A stretch of DNA of 63,354 nt, counting the filler, from Octopus bimaculoides (taxonomy: Eukaryota): NCBI RefSeq assembly GCF_001194135.2. It is 7 parts of 6 records of this genome, joined end to end, with 100 filler letters (N's around TTAATTAATTAA, not from the genome) between each part and the next. Parts side by side here need not be neighbours in the genome. Positions count along the whole stretch, not along the records: positions 45,892 to 57,006 come from NC_068982.1; positions 57,107 to 61,217 come from NW_026331807.1; positions 61,318 to 63,354 come from NC_068984.1; 4 more parts are not named here. One strand, 5' to 3'. Positions 50,769-63,333 of the stretch are shown here, in pieces. The position numbers were made by a program, and so were the translations under genes. Below the pieces are notes generated by a model. It ran no database searches. It saw only the letters and a list, made by a program, of their open reading frames with translations, and was not told the DNA's origin. Within the stretch, counting starts at the first letter, position 1. Every line of letters starts with the position of its first letter.

Positions 50769-51370
50769 AGAAGAAAGGAAAGAAAGAAGAACCGGTGCCA
50801 TTTGAAAGTTATTCTTAAATATAGACGTTTTAGTTTTCAACATTAATCCGTAACAACACGCTCACACTGGATTTGAAAGCCGAGATGAATTAATTGCATG
50901 GAAACAAAAATACAAACTTGAACAAATCTCTTGTGAAAGAATTATACGTGTGTGTATGTGTGATGTGTGTGTGCATGTGTGTGTTCGTGCATGAGTGTGT
51001 GTGCATTATATGTACTTTGTGTGTGTATGTGCTTTATGTATGTGTGATGTGTGTGTGTGTGTGTGTGTATACCGTTATGTACGTAAAGTACACAATTTAT
51101 ATATATATTTAATATAAGGAATACTACGCGATAGTCTTAGCTACTACAAACTGCAGACAAAACACATTCAGATTTGGACTCCATGTGTTTTGTATACATA
51201 AAAGAAGAAGAAAAAAAACAAACAAGAGATGGATGCATTGAATGGTAAATGTAAATCTTTGTAATCTCCAATATACAGCAATACTCAGCTGAACGATGTG
51301 ATGGCCACAACTGGAATATGAAATTGTGAATAAAATCAACACACACATATGTATATACAGATATACACAC

Positions 51371-51468
<98 letters not shown>

Positions 51469-51948
51469 TGTATATATATGTGTGTGTATATACATACATA
51501 TATATACACACACACACACACACACGTATGTATGCATGTATGTGTGTGCGTTACTATCGCATAGAGCTTGCTGTTCAACTTTCATTTATCGTTGTGATGC
51601 ATGCATTTCAGCTGCTTATATGCATCTTTGTTCTATTCCATAAGCACTTGAGAAGCTTTTAATTAAACGATTCCATGCACTTGGTATCGGAATTCGCTTG
51701 ATCCACTTTGTTTTTGCTTTCTTTTATTTTTCTTTCATACTTAGTTTACTATTTTCGGTTGTTTTGATTTTTACATGTATACTTTATAGTGACCTCTGGA
51801 TTTATTTAACAGTATATTTAAAGTTAGTTGCCTTTGTTTTGACATACATCAATAACTTATTTTCACACAATTCCGGAATATGCACATACATGGAGTTTTT
51901 CTCTTTAACTCTCTCTCTCTTTCTCCCCCCCTCTCTCTCTTTGTACGC

Positions 51949-52327
51949 GGTCGTTCGAGCTGGTAGAAATAGCAGCCAAAAATACCCCTACTATTGTTTT
52001 TCTTTAAAAAAAAAGGATACACAGGAAAGTATAGTCTTACGTATACACAAAAAAAAAACGGAATGGTCATAACTGGAATGCCTTTGGACGTATACCCCCA
52101 CTTTTTTTGTTTATTTTTTAGGGCACATTGTCTTACATATACACAAAAGATAGGTTGGCCATTAGTGGTTTGCTTTTGATCATATACACTACTTCTTGTG
52201 TTTTTGAGGGACACATTGGAAAGTACAGTCTTAGATATACCCCCAAAGATGGGATGGTCATAAATGGATTGCTTTTAAATATAAGTATGCTCGATTATGG
52301 CTGGCTTAGGGCTAACCATCAACAAAC
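51949..52327 (+). mobile_element. Family C repeat with a triplicated internal module
   Basis: Head GGTCGTTCGAGCTGGTAGAAATAGCAGCCAAA; module GG..CACA..G...GTCTTA.ATATAC..AAA..GG.TGG.CAT at 52015, 52121 and 52208. Confidence 0.65.
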
Positions 52328-53045
52328 AATACCCTAGCTGGATTCGGTGAATAGATCTACATAACGAAAGAAAGAAAAGCTCTTTTATTTAGTCTTTGGC
52401 TACATATGAAATACACACACAAAATTATATACACATACACTTCACACACACACGCACGCACAAACGCATACACATACAAACATGCACACGTATGTGTGTG
52501 TGCTTGTGTGCGCGTGCGCGTGCGCGCGTGTGCCAGCTGCTGTCTTTAATATATACATTAAAATGTGACATCGAATAAATAGGATTTCGTATGGGTAATC
52601 GTGGCCGAGAACGTCTAATACTTCTCACTTGAAATACCCTTTTTTTTTTTTGTATTCCGGCATCTGAAAAAATAAATGAATAAATAAACTGACTGGTTAA
52701 TTAAATTAAGCTGAATTAAAGAGTAAATAAAAATAAATCAAAGTCCGGGCTGTAAAATGCATTAAATGAAGGCCGGCAGATAGAGAATGAATTAGTAAGA
52801 ATGTTGCTAACAGGACTGTTGCACAGCGGAATCCTTAAGTTCCAGTTTTCGTTGGCTGCTGCTGCTACTACAACAACTACTACTACTACTACTACTACTT
52901 CTGCTAAATAATAATATATAATGATAATGATTTCATTAGCCACAAGAGTAGTGATGAGGGAGACATCTTAAGGACAGTCTGGTATTTGTGTGGAGGTTTA
53001 CAGAGGAGATAAGGAGTAAGACGGCGAAATGAGATAAAGGTATAC

Positions 53046-53452
53046 ATAGTGGCTATGTAGTAAGTAGCTTGCTTCCCAACCACATGGTTCTGGGTTCAGT
53101 CTCACTGCGTGGCACCTTGGGCAAGTGTCTTCTACTATAGCCTCGGGCCTACCGAAGCCTTATGAGTGGATTCGGTTGACGGAAATTGAAATAAGCCCGT
53201 CGTATATGTCTGTGTGTGTGTGTGTGTGTGTGCGTGTCTTTGTGTCTGTTTGTCCCTCCATCACCGCTTGACAACCGCTGTTGGTGTGTTTACGTCCCCG
53301 TAACTTAGCAATTCGGCAAAAAGAGGCCGACAGAATAAGTACTGCGCTTCACAAAATAAGTCCTGGAATCGATTTGTTCGACTAAAACCCCTTAAGGCGG
53401 TGCTTCAGCATGGCCGTAGTCAACTGACTGAAACTGAAACAAACAAAAGAAT
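53046..53452 (+). mobile_element. SINE family A, full length
   Basis: All family A segments present in order. Confidence 0.92.
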
Positions 53453-54220
53453 ATTATACAAAGTATGTGAACAGATGAATGATGCAGTTCTGAACTCGAC
53501 AGATGCTGGGTTACCCTGGCTACCAAAGGCACGAGCGGTACCTTTTCATAGATTTGATAACATCATTATACGTGAGGAGTATTACAAAAGCGGTAGAGTG
53601 GACAAAGTTATATAAGAATGAAGGCAGAAGTAAAGATTATATGTGCGCGTGTATGTATATACATATGCACATATGTGTTATGTATGTATGTATGTATGTA
53701 CGTATGTATGCATGTATGTATGTGAGACCGCCTAACGTTTTTCATTGGTCACACGGACTCACCCAAAACATTGGTAGATACAAGGTCGAAGTAAAAGCAT
53801 CGCCGGTTTACATCGAGTAAATAGGTGAAATACACGAAAATAAAACAACAGAAAATAATAATTGGTCCCCTAATAAGCAGCAAACCTAAATATATATATA
53901 CTGCATAATCTAATATACTCCTTTTCAGAACAGTTACTTCACCTGCTTTGTACTATTTGAGGTAATTCATGTATGACGTCACGTGTTTAACTAAGAATTA
54001 CGGAGTGCCTTAGGATATCTAGTTTCGTTCTGCTACGTTTTAACTTTAAACCCCGTCGGTGTTGTCTTCAGCTTTACATTTCTTTCTCTACTCGTTCGAT
54101 AGCATAAGTAGTACCAGTGAAGTACTAAGCTCAACTAAGACGACTGCATGCTTCATAAGTATAGCCATCATTTTCTACCGGATGGATCCACCATTAGCCA
54201 TCCAGCTTACAGCTCTATTA

Positions 54221-54491
54221 TCTTTTATCTTTTAGCTTCTACTCGTTTCAGTAATTGGACTGCGGCCAGGCTGGGGCACAACCTTGAAGGATTTAGTTAA
54301 ACAAATCGACGCCAGTACTTACTTTTTAAAGCTTTATATTTACTCTATCGGTCTCTTTTGCCAAGAGAGCTGAATTACGAGGTCGTAAACAAGCCAACAC
54401 CGGTTGTCAAGCGATGATGGGAACACACTATCACAGACACATATATAGATACCCACACACAGATCACACGCACATACCTCGCACACATCTA

Positions 54492-54522
<31 letters not shown>

Positions 54523-54687
54523 ATGTATGTATGTATTATGTATGTATGTATGTGTGTATGTATGTACGACGGAATTTTTTTCAGTTTCCGTCTAGCAAAT
54601 CAACTCACAAGGCTTTGGTCGGTCCGGGGTTACAGTAGAAGACACTTGCCCAAGGTACCACGCAGTGGGACTGAACTTAGAACCATC
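54221..54687 (-). mobile_element. SINE family A, near full length, with expanded internal microsatellite
   Basis: 3' part at 54221-54428; CORE-like part at 54566-54687. Confidence 0.85.
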
Positions 54688-54896
54688 TTTTACTTGTTCC
54701 AGTCATTAAACTGCGGCCATACTGGGGCACCGCCTTGAACTTTTAGTCGAATGTATCGATCCCATTTCCTTTTATAAGCCTGGTACTTATTCTATCGGCA
54801 TCTTTTACCGAACCGCTAAGTTATGGGGACGTAAACACACCAGCACCGATTGTCAAGTGGTGGTGGTTGGGGGGACGAACACACACACACACACAT

Positions 54897-54931
<35 letters not shown>

Positions 54932-54960
54932 TACATACATACATAACGGTTTGCAACAGT
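54688..54960 (-). mobile_element. SINE family A, 3' part, adjacent tandem copy
   Basis: TTTTACTTGTTCCAGTCATT...GCGGCCATACTGGGGCACCGCC...GGGGACGTAAACACACCAGC. Confidence 0.85.
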
Positions 54961-55492
54961 TTACTCAACATGCAGGAATTGAACACCTATTTTGCATATC
55001 TTTATCTACCTCTGAAGAGATTCGACTTTCAAATAATTTTTATTTTAATTAATTGATTTTCTAAGGGTCTGAATTGAAACAGCTATAAGGGATGTTTGTC
55101 AATCTTTTAATTAATAAATAACAATTTATCAATTACCTCTCTATTTCTCATCTTACTGTTATAATAAATAAATATATATATAAACCACAGTTTANNNNNN
55201 NNNNNNNNNNNNNNNNNNNNNNNNNNNNNNNNNNNNNNNNNNNNNNNNNNNNNNNNNNNNNNNNNNNNNNNNNNNNNNNNNNNNNNNNNNNNNNNNNNNN
55301 NNNNNNNNNNNNNNNNNNNNNNNNNNNNNNNNNNNNNNNNNNNNNNNNNNNNNNNNNNNNNNNNNNATATATATATATATATATATAGTTCAAAAACACA
55401 ATAACAAAAAAACAAAAAAACAACAAAGTGAGGACGTGATGTGGATAGTATTATTGGACGCTCAGGAAAGGAAAGAGAGAGATATATATATA

Positions 55493-55654
55493 TACGACGG
55501 GCTTCTTTCAGTTTCCGTCAAGCAGATCCACTCACAAGTCATTGGTCGATCCGGGGCTACAGTAGAAGACGCTTACCCAAGGTTCCACGCAGTGGGACTG
55601 AACTCAGAACCATGTGGTTGGGAAGCAAACTTCTTACCATATAGCCATGTCTTG
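55493..55654 (-). mobile_element. SINE family A, 5' half
   Basis: CGACGGGCTTCTTTCAGTTTCCGTC...GGGACTGAACTCAGAACCATGTGGTTGGGAAGC. Confidence 0.9.
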
Positions 55655-56623
55655 TCTGACATGATCGAGCCACACCAACACAACCAACTCAACCTAAAAC
55701 CATGTCCCGATGCAAGGAAATCATTGTTTGGTTGCATTCGCAGAATCAGTCGAATGCAGACCAAGTGCATTTCTGTTTCTTTAGCTCCGTCTGTCTCAAA
55801 ACGGAATTCAAATCACACTAACGTTAACATTTACCCACCTGGGGTAGATAAAAAAAATACCAACACTATATTGTGGTCACGTGTTGTTATTGTCCCAGCT
55901 TTGCATGTTTGTGTGTGTTGAGTGCATGTGTGTATGAATGTATGTCTGTTTGTATGTATGTATGTGTAGATAGATAGAAAGAAAGACTCCTTTTAAGAAG
56001 TATGATTTGAGGCAAATTGGCTGCAATTTCTAGCCGGTCGAGCGTCCGCGTAGATACTCCGTTATGTACTCTTCACGTGTTCTCGTTACTTTTAATGCTA
56101 ACAATCGTTATAAGGTTATATTTATCTGTCGTCCATGGATCTAATTTCATAATTTGCAGAAGAATTTCTGGGCTTTCCAGCTTCGTTCCTCGTGTGTTTA
56201 CATCGCGATAATGTTACGGCATGCAGACTTGTTTAGCCTCTGTTCAACAACCCTGATCGAGCAGAGTTATAACCACATTTTAACTATGAACATCCCGTAC
56301 TTAGTTGTATTATTGGATTATGTAGTCTGAGGTACACTATTCTCAAGAAAAGAGGGCAGGCGAGGCATGAGTAAGATTTTGCTGCTACTTCTAACCTCTC
56401 GAGTAGCCACATGTAGGCTCCCGTTATAGTTACATTTTTGTTTTAGTTTTGGGTGTTAACACGAATACAAGATAGACATATTCATAAATATGCACATGCA
56501 CGTGTATATTTACACACACACACATGCATACACACAACACGAATACAAGATGCGTGTATGCATGTGTGTGTGTGTGTAAATATACATGTGCATGTGCATA
56601 TTTATGAATATGTCTATCTGTGC

Positions 56624-57006
56624 TTTTACTCTTTTACTTGTTGCAGTCATTTGACTGCGGCCATGCTGGAACACCGCCAGCTGGAACACCATTTAGTCAA
56701 GCAAATCGACCCCAGGAGACTAGTCTCTTTTGCCGAACCGCTAGGTTACGGGGACGTAAACACACCAGCATCGGTTGTCAAGCGATGTTGGGGGGGGGGT
56801 GACAAACACAGACACACAAACACACACGCACATATATATACATATACATATATACGACGGCCTTCTTTCAGTTTCCGTCTACCAAATCCACTCACAAAGC
56901 TTTGGTCCACCCGATGCTATAGTAGAAGACACTTGCCCAAGGTGCCACCTAGTGGGACTGAACCCGGAACCATGTGGTTGATAAGCAAGTTACTTACCAC
57001 ACAGCC
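56624..57006 (-). mobile_element. SINE family A, full length
   Basis: Tail TTTTACTC through head TTACCACACAGCC. Confidence 0.92.
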
Positions 57007-57145
57007 NNNNNNNNNNNNNNNNNNNNNNNNNNNNNNNNNNNNNNNNNNNNTTAATTAATTAANNNNNNNNNNNNNNNNNNNNNNNNNNNNNNNNNNNNNN
57101 NNNNNNATTTGCTTCAGCTTTATATTACATTAATCTTAATCTTAT

Positions 57146-57840
57146 TTCGGCCAGGGAGCTATCCAGACTTCAAATGTTTGTTGTGGTATGGTTTCTACAG
57201 CTGGATACCCTTCCTATTGTCAACTACAGAGTTTGCTGGGTGCTTTATACATGCTACTGGCATGAGTGTATTGACACAGCAGCGACATGGGTGCATTTTA
57301 TTTCTTTATTGCCCACAAGGGGCTAAACATAGAGGGGACAAACAAGGACAGACAAAAGGATTAAGTCGATTACATCGACCCCAGTGCATAACTGGTACTT
57401 AATTTATTGACCCCGAAAGGATGAAAGGCAAAATCGACCTCAGTGGAATTTGAACTCAAGAAGTAATGCCAGACGAAATACCGCTAAGCATTTTGCCCGG
57501 CGTGCTAACGATTCTGCCAGCTCGCCTTAAAATGCACATGGGTGCATTTTAAGTGGCACTGGCACCCGAAAGGACAAGCCTGTATATATGGAAGACAGCG
57601 ATTTTACTTAGCTTGATCGCCACATCTCCTGGTCCCTTGTTATTTCCTCAGTGAGGCCCTGTGTCCGAATATCCTTGCTCACCACTTCATCCCATGTCTT
57701 CCTGAGTGAACCCCTTCCACAGGTACCCTCAACAGTTTAGAGCTTGGCACTTCTTCCTGCAGCTGTCCTCATCCATTCGCATCACATGACCAAACCGGTG
57801 CAGTCTTCTTTCTTGCACACAACATCTAATGCCTCTTATC
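57146..57840 (-). pseudogene. RTE LINE C-terminus and 3' UTR, interrupted by a SINE
   Basis: Minus strand VQERRLHRFGHVMRMDEDS, frameshift, GRGSLRKTWDEVVSKD...RDQEMWRSS* (stop at 57608); UTR contains TTTCTACAGCTGGATACCCTTCC. Confidence 0.85.
57301..57528 (-). mobile_element. SINE family B, tail type 2, full length with 16-bp TSD
   Basis: TSD ACATGGGTGCATTTTA at 57285-57300 and 57536-57551. Confidence 0.95.
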
Positions 57841-58783
57841 CCCGCATATAAATATGTATTATCACCATCATCGTTATTATTTCACAATGTTCCCTTTTCT
57901 ATGCTGGCTTGTGTGGGATGGTTTGACAGCAGCTGGAAATTCAGAAGACTGTTTCTCTCTCTCTCTCACATATATATATATATATATATANNNNNNNNNN
58001 NNNNNNNNNNNNNNNNNNNNNNNNNNNNNNNNNNNNNNNNNNNNNNNNNNNNNNNNNNNNNNNNNNNNNNNNNNNNNNNNNNNNNNNNNNNNNNNNNNNN
58101 NNNNNNNNNNNNNNNNNNNNNNNNNNNNNNNNNNNNNNNNNNNNNNNNNNNNNNNNNNNNNNNNNNNNNNNNNNNNNNNNNNNNNNNNNNNNNNNNNNNN
58201 NNNNNNNNNNNNNNNNNNNNNNNNNNNNNNNNNNNNNNNNNNNNNNNNNNNNNNNNNNNNNNNNNNNNNNNNNNNNNNNNNNNNNNNNNNNNNNNNNNNN
58301 NNNNNNNNNNNNNNNNNNNNNNNNNNNNNNNNNNNNNNNNNNNNNNNNNNNNNNNNNNNNNNNNNNNNNNNNNNNNNNNNNNNNNNNNNNNNNNNNNNNN
58401 NNNNNNNNNNNNNNNNNNNNNNNNNNNNNNNNNNNNNNNNNNNNNNNNNNNNNNNNNNNNNNNNNNNNNNNNNNNNNNNNNNNNNNNNNNNNNNNNNNNN
58501 NNNNNNNNNNNNNNNNNNNNNNNNNNNNNNNNNNNNNNNNNNNNNNNNNNNNNNNNNNNNNNNNNNNNNNNNNNNNNNNNNNNNNNNNNNNNNNNNNNNN
58601 NNNNNNNNNNNNNNNNNNNNNNNNNNNNNNNNNNNNNNNNNNNNNNNNNNNNNNNNNNNNNNNNNNNNNNNNNNNNNNNNNNNNNNNNNNNNNNNNNNNN
58701 NNNNNNNNNNNNNNNNNNNNNNNNNNNNNNNNNNNNNNNNNNNNNNNNNNNNNNNNNNNNNNNNNNNNNNNNNNNNNNNNNNN

Positions 58784-58926
58784 GCATCCAGCTGTAGAAA
58801 CTCTGCCAAATTAGATTGGAGCCTGGTGTAGCCATCCGGTTGCACCAGCCCTCAGTCAGATCGTTCAACCCATGCTGGCATGGAAAGCGGACGTTAAACG
58901 ATGATGATGATGATGATGATGATGAT
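58784..58926 (+). mobile_element. Young RTE 3' tail
   Basis: Nearly identical to 39727-39868; (GAT)n tail. Confidence 0.9.
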
Positions 58927-58974
58927 ATATATATATATATATAATATGTATGTATATATATTTATATATATATC

Positions 58975-59110
58975 ATCATAATTTAATGCCTGTTTTCCAT
59001 GTTGGCTTGGATTGGATGGTTTGAGAGGATTCAATGAGCCACTGGACTCTAAATGTTGGCTTTGGTATGGTTTCTACTGTTGGAAGCCCTTCCTAATACT
59101 AGCTTTACAG
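58975..59110 (-). mobile_element. Old RTE-type 3' tail
   Basis: TTTAATGCCTGTTTTCCATG...GGTTTCTACTGTTGGAAGCCCTTCCTAA. Confidence 0.6.
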
Positions 59111-60607
59111 TGTGTACTGGGTAATTTTGTTTTTGTTCCACAGTCATTAGTCGTCACCAAATCACTTGTAAGGCAGGAAAAGACCTTCTTGACTAAGTGT
59201 AGTGGTGGAGTATTTGAGAAGGAGAAGCAGTTTTATGCCAGCTGTTGAGAGACTAAATTATGATAAGAGTGACAGACATAGGTGTCTTACTATAAAGGGG
59301 ATACATACCTAGCCCTGCATTATATAAGGGTGAGATGGTAGCAGTAGAGTGTCAGAGCAATTTCTCTGTGTAAGAAAGTGAGCATACAAGAGAATACAGA
59401 GAGTGGATGGATTGAAGGGAGCGAGAGAGGTTAGTTTCATAAGAGTGTGTAGTGCGAAGATGGGAGTAGTTGTGAATAATGAGAGTGGAGGTATTAGTTG
59501 ATGGGTAACACCAGTATATAGAGGGGGTTAAGGTGAGAGAGATAAAAGAGGTTCAGGAAGTTGGTGAAAATAGTGAGAGAAGGAATGAAAAAGAGAATGA
59601 GGGATGGAAGTGGTTCCAGGGATAGGGGTACACACACACACATACATACAATTTATATATATATATAAACATATAAAGAAACATCTCTCTCTTTCTCTCT
59701 CTCCCTCCCTCTCTCTCTCTCCCTCCCTCTCTNNNNNNNNNNNNNNNNNNNNNNNNNNNNNNNNNNNNNNNNNNNNNNNNNNNNNNNNNNNNNNNNNNNN
59801 NNNNNNNNNNNNNNNNNNNNNNNNNNNNNNNNNNNNNNNNNNNNNNNNNNNNNNNNNNNNNNNNNNNNNNNNNNNNNNNNNNNNNNNNNNNNNNNNNNNN
59901 NNNNNNNNNNNNNNNNNNNNNNNNNNNNNNNNNNNNNNNNNNNNNNNNNNNNNNNNNNNNNNNNNNNNNNNNNNNNNNNNNNNNNNNNNNNNNNNNNNNN
60001 NNNNNNNNNNNNNNNNNNNNNNNNNNNNNNNNNNNNNNNNNNNNNNNNNNNNNNNNNNNNNNNNNNNNNNNNNNNNNNNNNNNNNNNNNNNNNNNNNNNN
60101 NNNNNNNNNNNNNNNNNNNNNNNNNNNNNNNNNNNNNNNNNNNNNNNNNNNNNNNNNNNNNNNNNNNNNNNNNNNNNNNNNNNNNNNNNNNNNNNNNNNN
60201 NNNNNNNNNNNNNNNNNNNNNNNNNNNNNNNNNNNNNNNNNNNNNNNNNNNNNNNNNNNNNNNNNNNNNNNNNNNNNNNNNNNNNNNNNNNNNNNNNNNN
60301 NNNNNNNNNNNNNNNNNNNNNNNNNNNNNNNNNNNNNNNNNNNNNNNNNNNNNNNNNNNNNNNNNNNNNNNNNNNNNNNNNNNNNNNNNNNNNNNNNNNN
60401 NNNNNNNNNNNNNNNNNNNNNNNNNNNNNNNNNNNNNNNNNNNNNNNNNNNNNNNNNNNNNNNNNNNNNNNNNNNNNNNNNNNNNNNNNNNNNNNNNNNN
60501 NNNNNNNNNNNNNNNNNNNNNNNNNNNTATATATATATATATATATATATGATGGACAGGTGGTTGTTTATGGCTTCAAAAAAGCATTTCTAAATTAGTT
60601 ATACAGA

Positions 60608-60801
60608 TCATCATCATCATCATCATCGTTTAACGTCCGCTTTCCATGCTAGCATAGGTTGGACGATTTGACTGAGGACTGGTGAAACCGGATGGCAACA
60701 CCAGGCTCCAATCTAATTTGGCAGAGTTTCTACAGCTGGATGCCCTTCCTAACGCCAACCACTCAGAGAGTGTAGTGGGTGCTTTTACGTGTCACCCGCA
60801 C
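60608..60801 (-). mobile_element. Young RTE 3' tail
   Basis: Reverse complement of the same subfamily as 39540 and 58784. Confidence 0.9.
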
Positions 60802-61317
60802 AGATGTGAGTATAAATATTAAACAGAAAAATGGAAGTCCTTTGTAATTTCTGATAGATTGTAGATATTCAGAGAATTTGTATTCTAACATCAAAGATAA
60901 GGAGGCATCAAGTTCTAAAAATCTAATATCTCACCCGCACATAAATGTTTAATATGTCAACTATCAAACTTTCCTACTTTACTAACCTGACTTAGGGTCA
61001 TTATCAACACCTCCGACATGTAAGCTCAGCCTGTATAACATACATAATCATGATTATAGCATTAGGAACAACTATAGCAATAGTAGTGATAATAATAAGA
61101 CTACTACTAATGATACTATAATCATCATGATGAATATAATACATACCTATTAATATGCCTATTCTTTTAGATTGAGACAATAATCATATTCACATTAGTA
61201 ATAAGGGTAGTTTCGGTNNNNNNNNNNNNNNNNNNNNNNNNNNNNNNNNNNNNNNNNNNNNTTAATTAATTAANNNNNNNNNNNNNNNNNNNNNNNNNNN
61301 NNNNNNNNNNNNNNNNN

Positions 61318-61381
<64 letters not shown>

Positions 61382-62138
61382 GCGAGCGCGAATGGTGTAT
61401 CTAGGTGAATCATTTTAATATACATTTTAGTCGAATTTTACCTTAAAGAACAAATATTTAGACTTGCAATCCTAACAATATAGATATTATTTGTTTCTTG
61501 TTGATTGGTAACGGAAGAAGACGTTATGACATTCATACCAATGGCATTGTAAGTGCGGTAAAGAGCAACGATTTCAAATGAAGTGGAAATACACTATACG
61601 AACGCAGCTCACCGGGAGATGACTACAAGCGTTTTCGGTCTTCGTTACATTTATATTTAACCTACTACGGCGTTAAGTAAAATAGGTAAGCCTCTACATG
61701 GTCGTTCGACTTGCTAGAAACATCAACTAAATACCCATTAACTTGCACACTACTGTCTTAACCCCTTGCCTGTCCTGTGTATCACATGTGACACACCAGA
61801 CATATTTTCCTGGCGTCCGTGCCATATATTCCCAATTTTTTTTCAACCACTAGGGTAACTTGAGAAATGAAAGATTTTTATATGACTCAGAACCTATGAA
61901 ATAAGAGCTAACTTAAAGCTTGAAAACATGCATGGAAATTTAGGACAAACTTACGAAAATGCTTTGGTCAGACGAAGGGTTAAAATGAGGAAAGCCTGTA
62001 TAGGATGGCGTAGCCCAACATACATTGCGTATGCAAAAAACATGGGTGGGGAATGTCGGAATTATAGCGGAAATGTGTTTGAATATAGCTCTCGATGAGC
62101 GCTGACATGGGCTAAGCAACAACAAAAGACACATTATA

Positions 62139-62356
62139 CAAGTGTGTGCTAAAAAGTTCCTGGCTTTGGGTAAAAGATAATACATGAGGATCAGTTAATT
62201 ATGATTTTATTCATCATATTCCCCTCTCAAATTCACCACACTTATTTCAACAATCCTTCAGTTTTTCTAGGCACTTTTTAAGAACTCGAAAGGCCGCATC
62301 TCCGACCTGACCATTTACGATATCCATAAAGTTAGGAACTTTTCAAACACTCCTCG
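62139..62356. mobile_element. mariner-type MITE
   Basis: TA-CAAGTGTGTGCTAAAAAGTTCCTGGCTTT ... AAAGTTAGGAACTTTTCAAACACTCCTCG-TA. Confidence 0.8.
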
Positions 62357-62797
62357 TATTTACATTTCAGTCAATTGGTCAGAAATTTTCATATTTTCTA
62401 TAGCAGAACCATCAGAGTGAAAACGTTTTTCAAATGGTATTCAAAAGGCCACCGAGGTTCGACGTACGATATATTTTCAAGTATTCACGAACAATAAATG
62501 AGATTTTCCAATTCATGAAGGCTACAAAACGACTCAATGACAGAAACATTTATTTTGCTCTTTATCTGTATGTCTTTCCTTTCTTTTTTCTTATTTTTAG
62601 GTCCTTGTTTTTGTTTTCGTTTATATTATTCAGTGCGTATTTATATACTCCTCTCAGTCTGTCATGGCTTAACAGCTTTACATAGATATTTAGATTAAGT
62701 AAATAAATGGCAAACATTACATTCAAACACCAGCACGCCTTTACATACATATAGATATATGCCTCTGTGTGAGCGCGCGTGTGTGTGTCTGTATATT

Positions 62798-62951
62798 CTA
62801 GGGGGTACTGAAAAGTTCTTGGCTTTAAGGGTATCGCGAAAGGTTTGGTTGGAGGCCAAACCTTCCGAGTTCTTTTAAAAGGCTTAGAAAAATTGAAGGA
62901 TGGCTGCAATAAGGGGAATATGTTGAATAAAATCATAATTAACAGATTCTC
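62798..62951. mobile_element. Second, truncated copy of the same mariner MITE, inverted
   Basis: Matches the reverse complement of about 62188-62356 (GGGGAATATG.TGAATAAAATCATAATTAAC etc.). Confidence 0.78.
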
Positions 62952-62977
62952 CTATATTTTCTTTTACACAAATATAT

Positions 62978-63333
62978 GGGTGTAGTTGTGTGGGTAAGAA
63001 GTTCGCTTCCCAACCTCATGGTTCTAGGTTCAGTCCCACTGCGTAGTACATTGAGCAAGTCTCTTCTACAAAAGCCTTCGGCCAACCTAAGCTTTCTTAT
63101 AGGATTTAGTAGACGGAAGCCGAAAGAACACCGTCGTGTGTGTGTGTGTGTTTGTCCACCACGACCACCTGACGATCGATGTTATTATGTTAACAGTTCA
63201 GCAAAAGACACCGATAAAATAAGTCTCAGGCTTTAAAAAAAATAAGTACTGGCCTCGATTCCCTCGATTAAAAATTCTTCAGTGCGATGCCCCAACATGG
63301 CTGCAGTCTAATGACTGAAACATGTAAAAGATA
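62978..63333 (+). mobile_element. SINE family A, full length, diverged
   Basis: GGTTCAGTCCCACTGCG...GCAAGT.TCTTCTAC...TGACTGAAACATGTAAAAGA. Confidence 0.88.
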
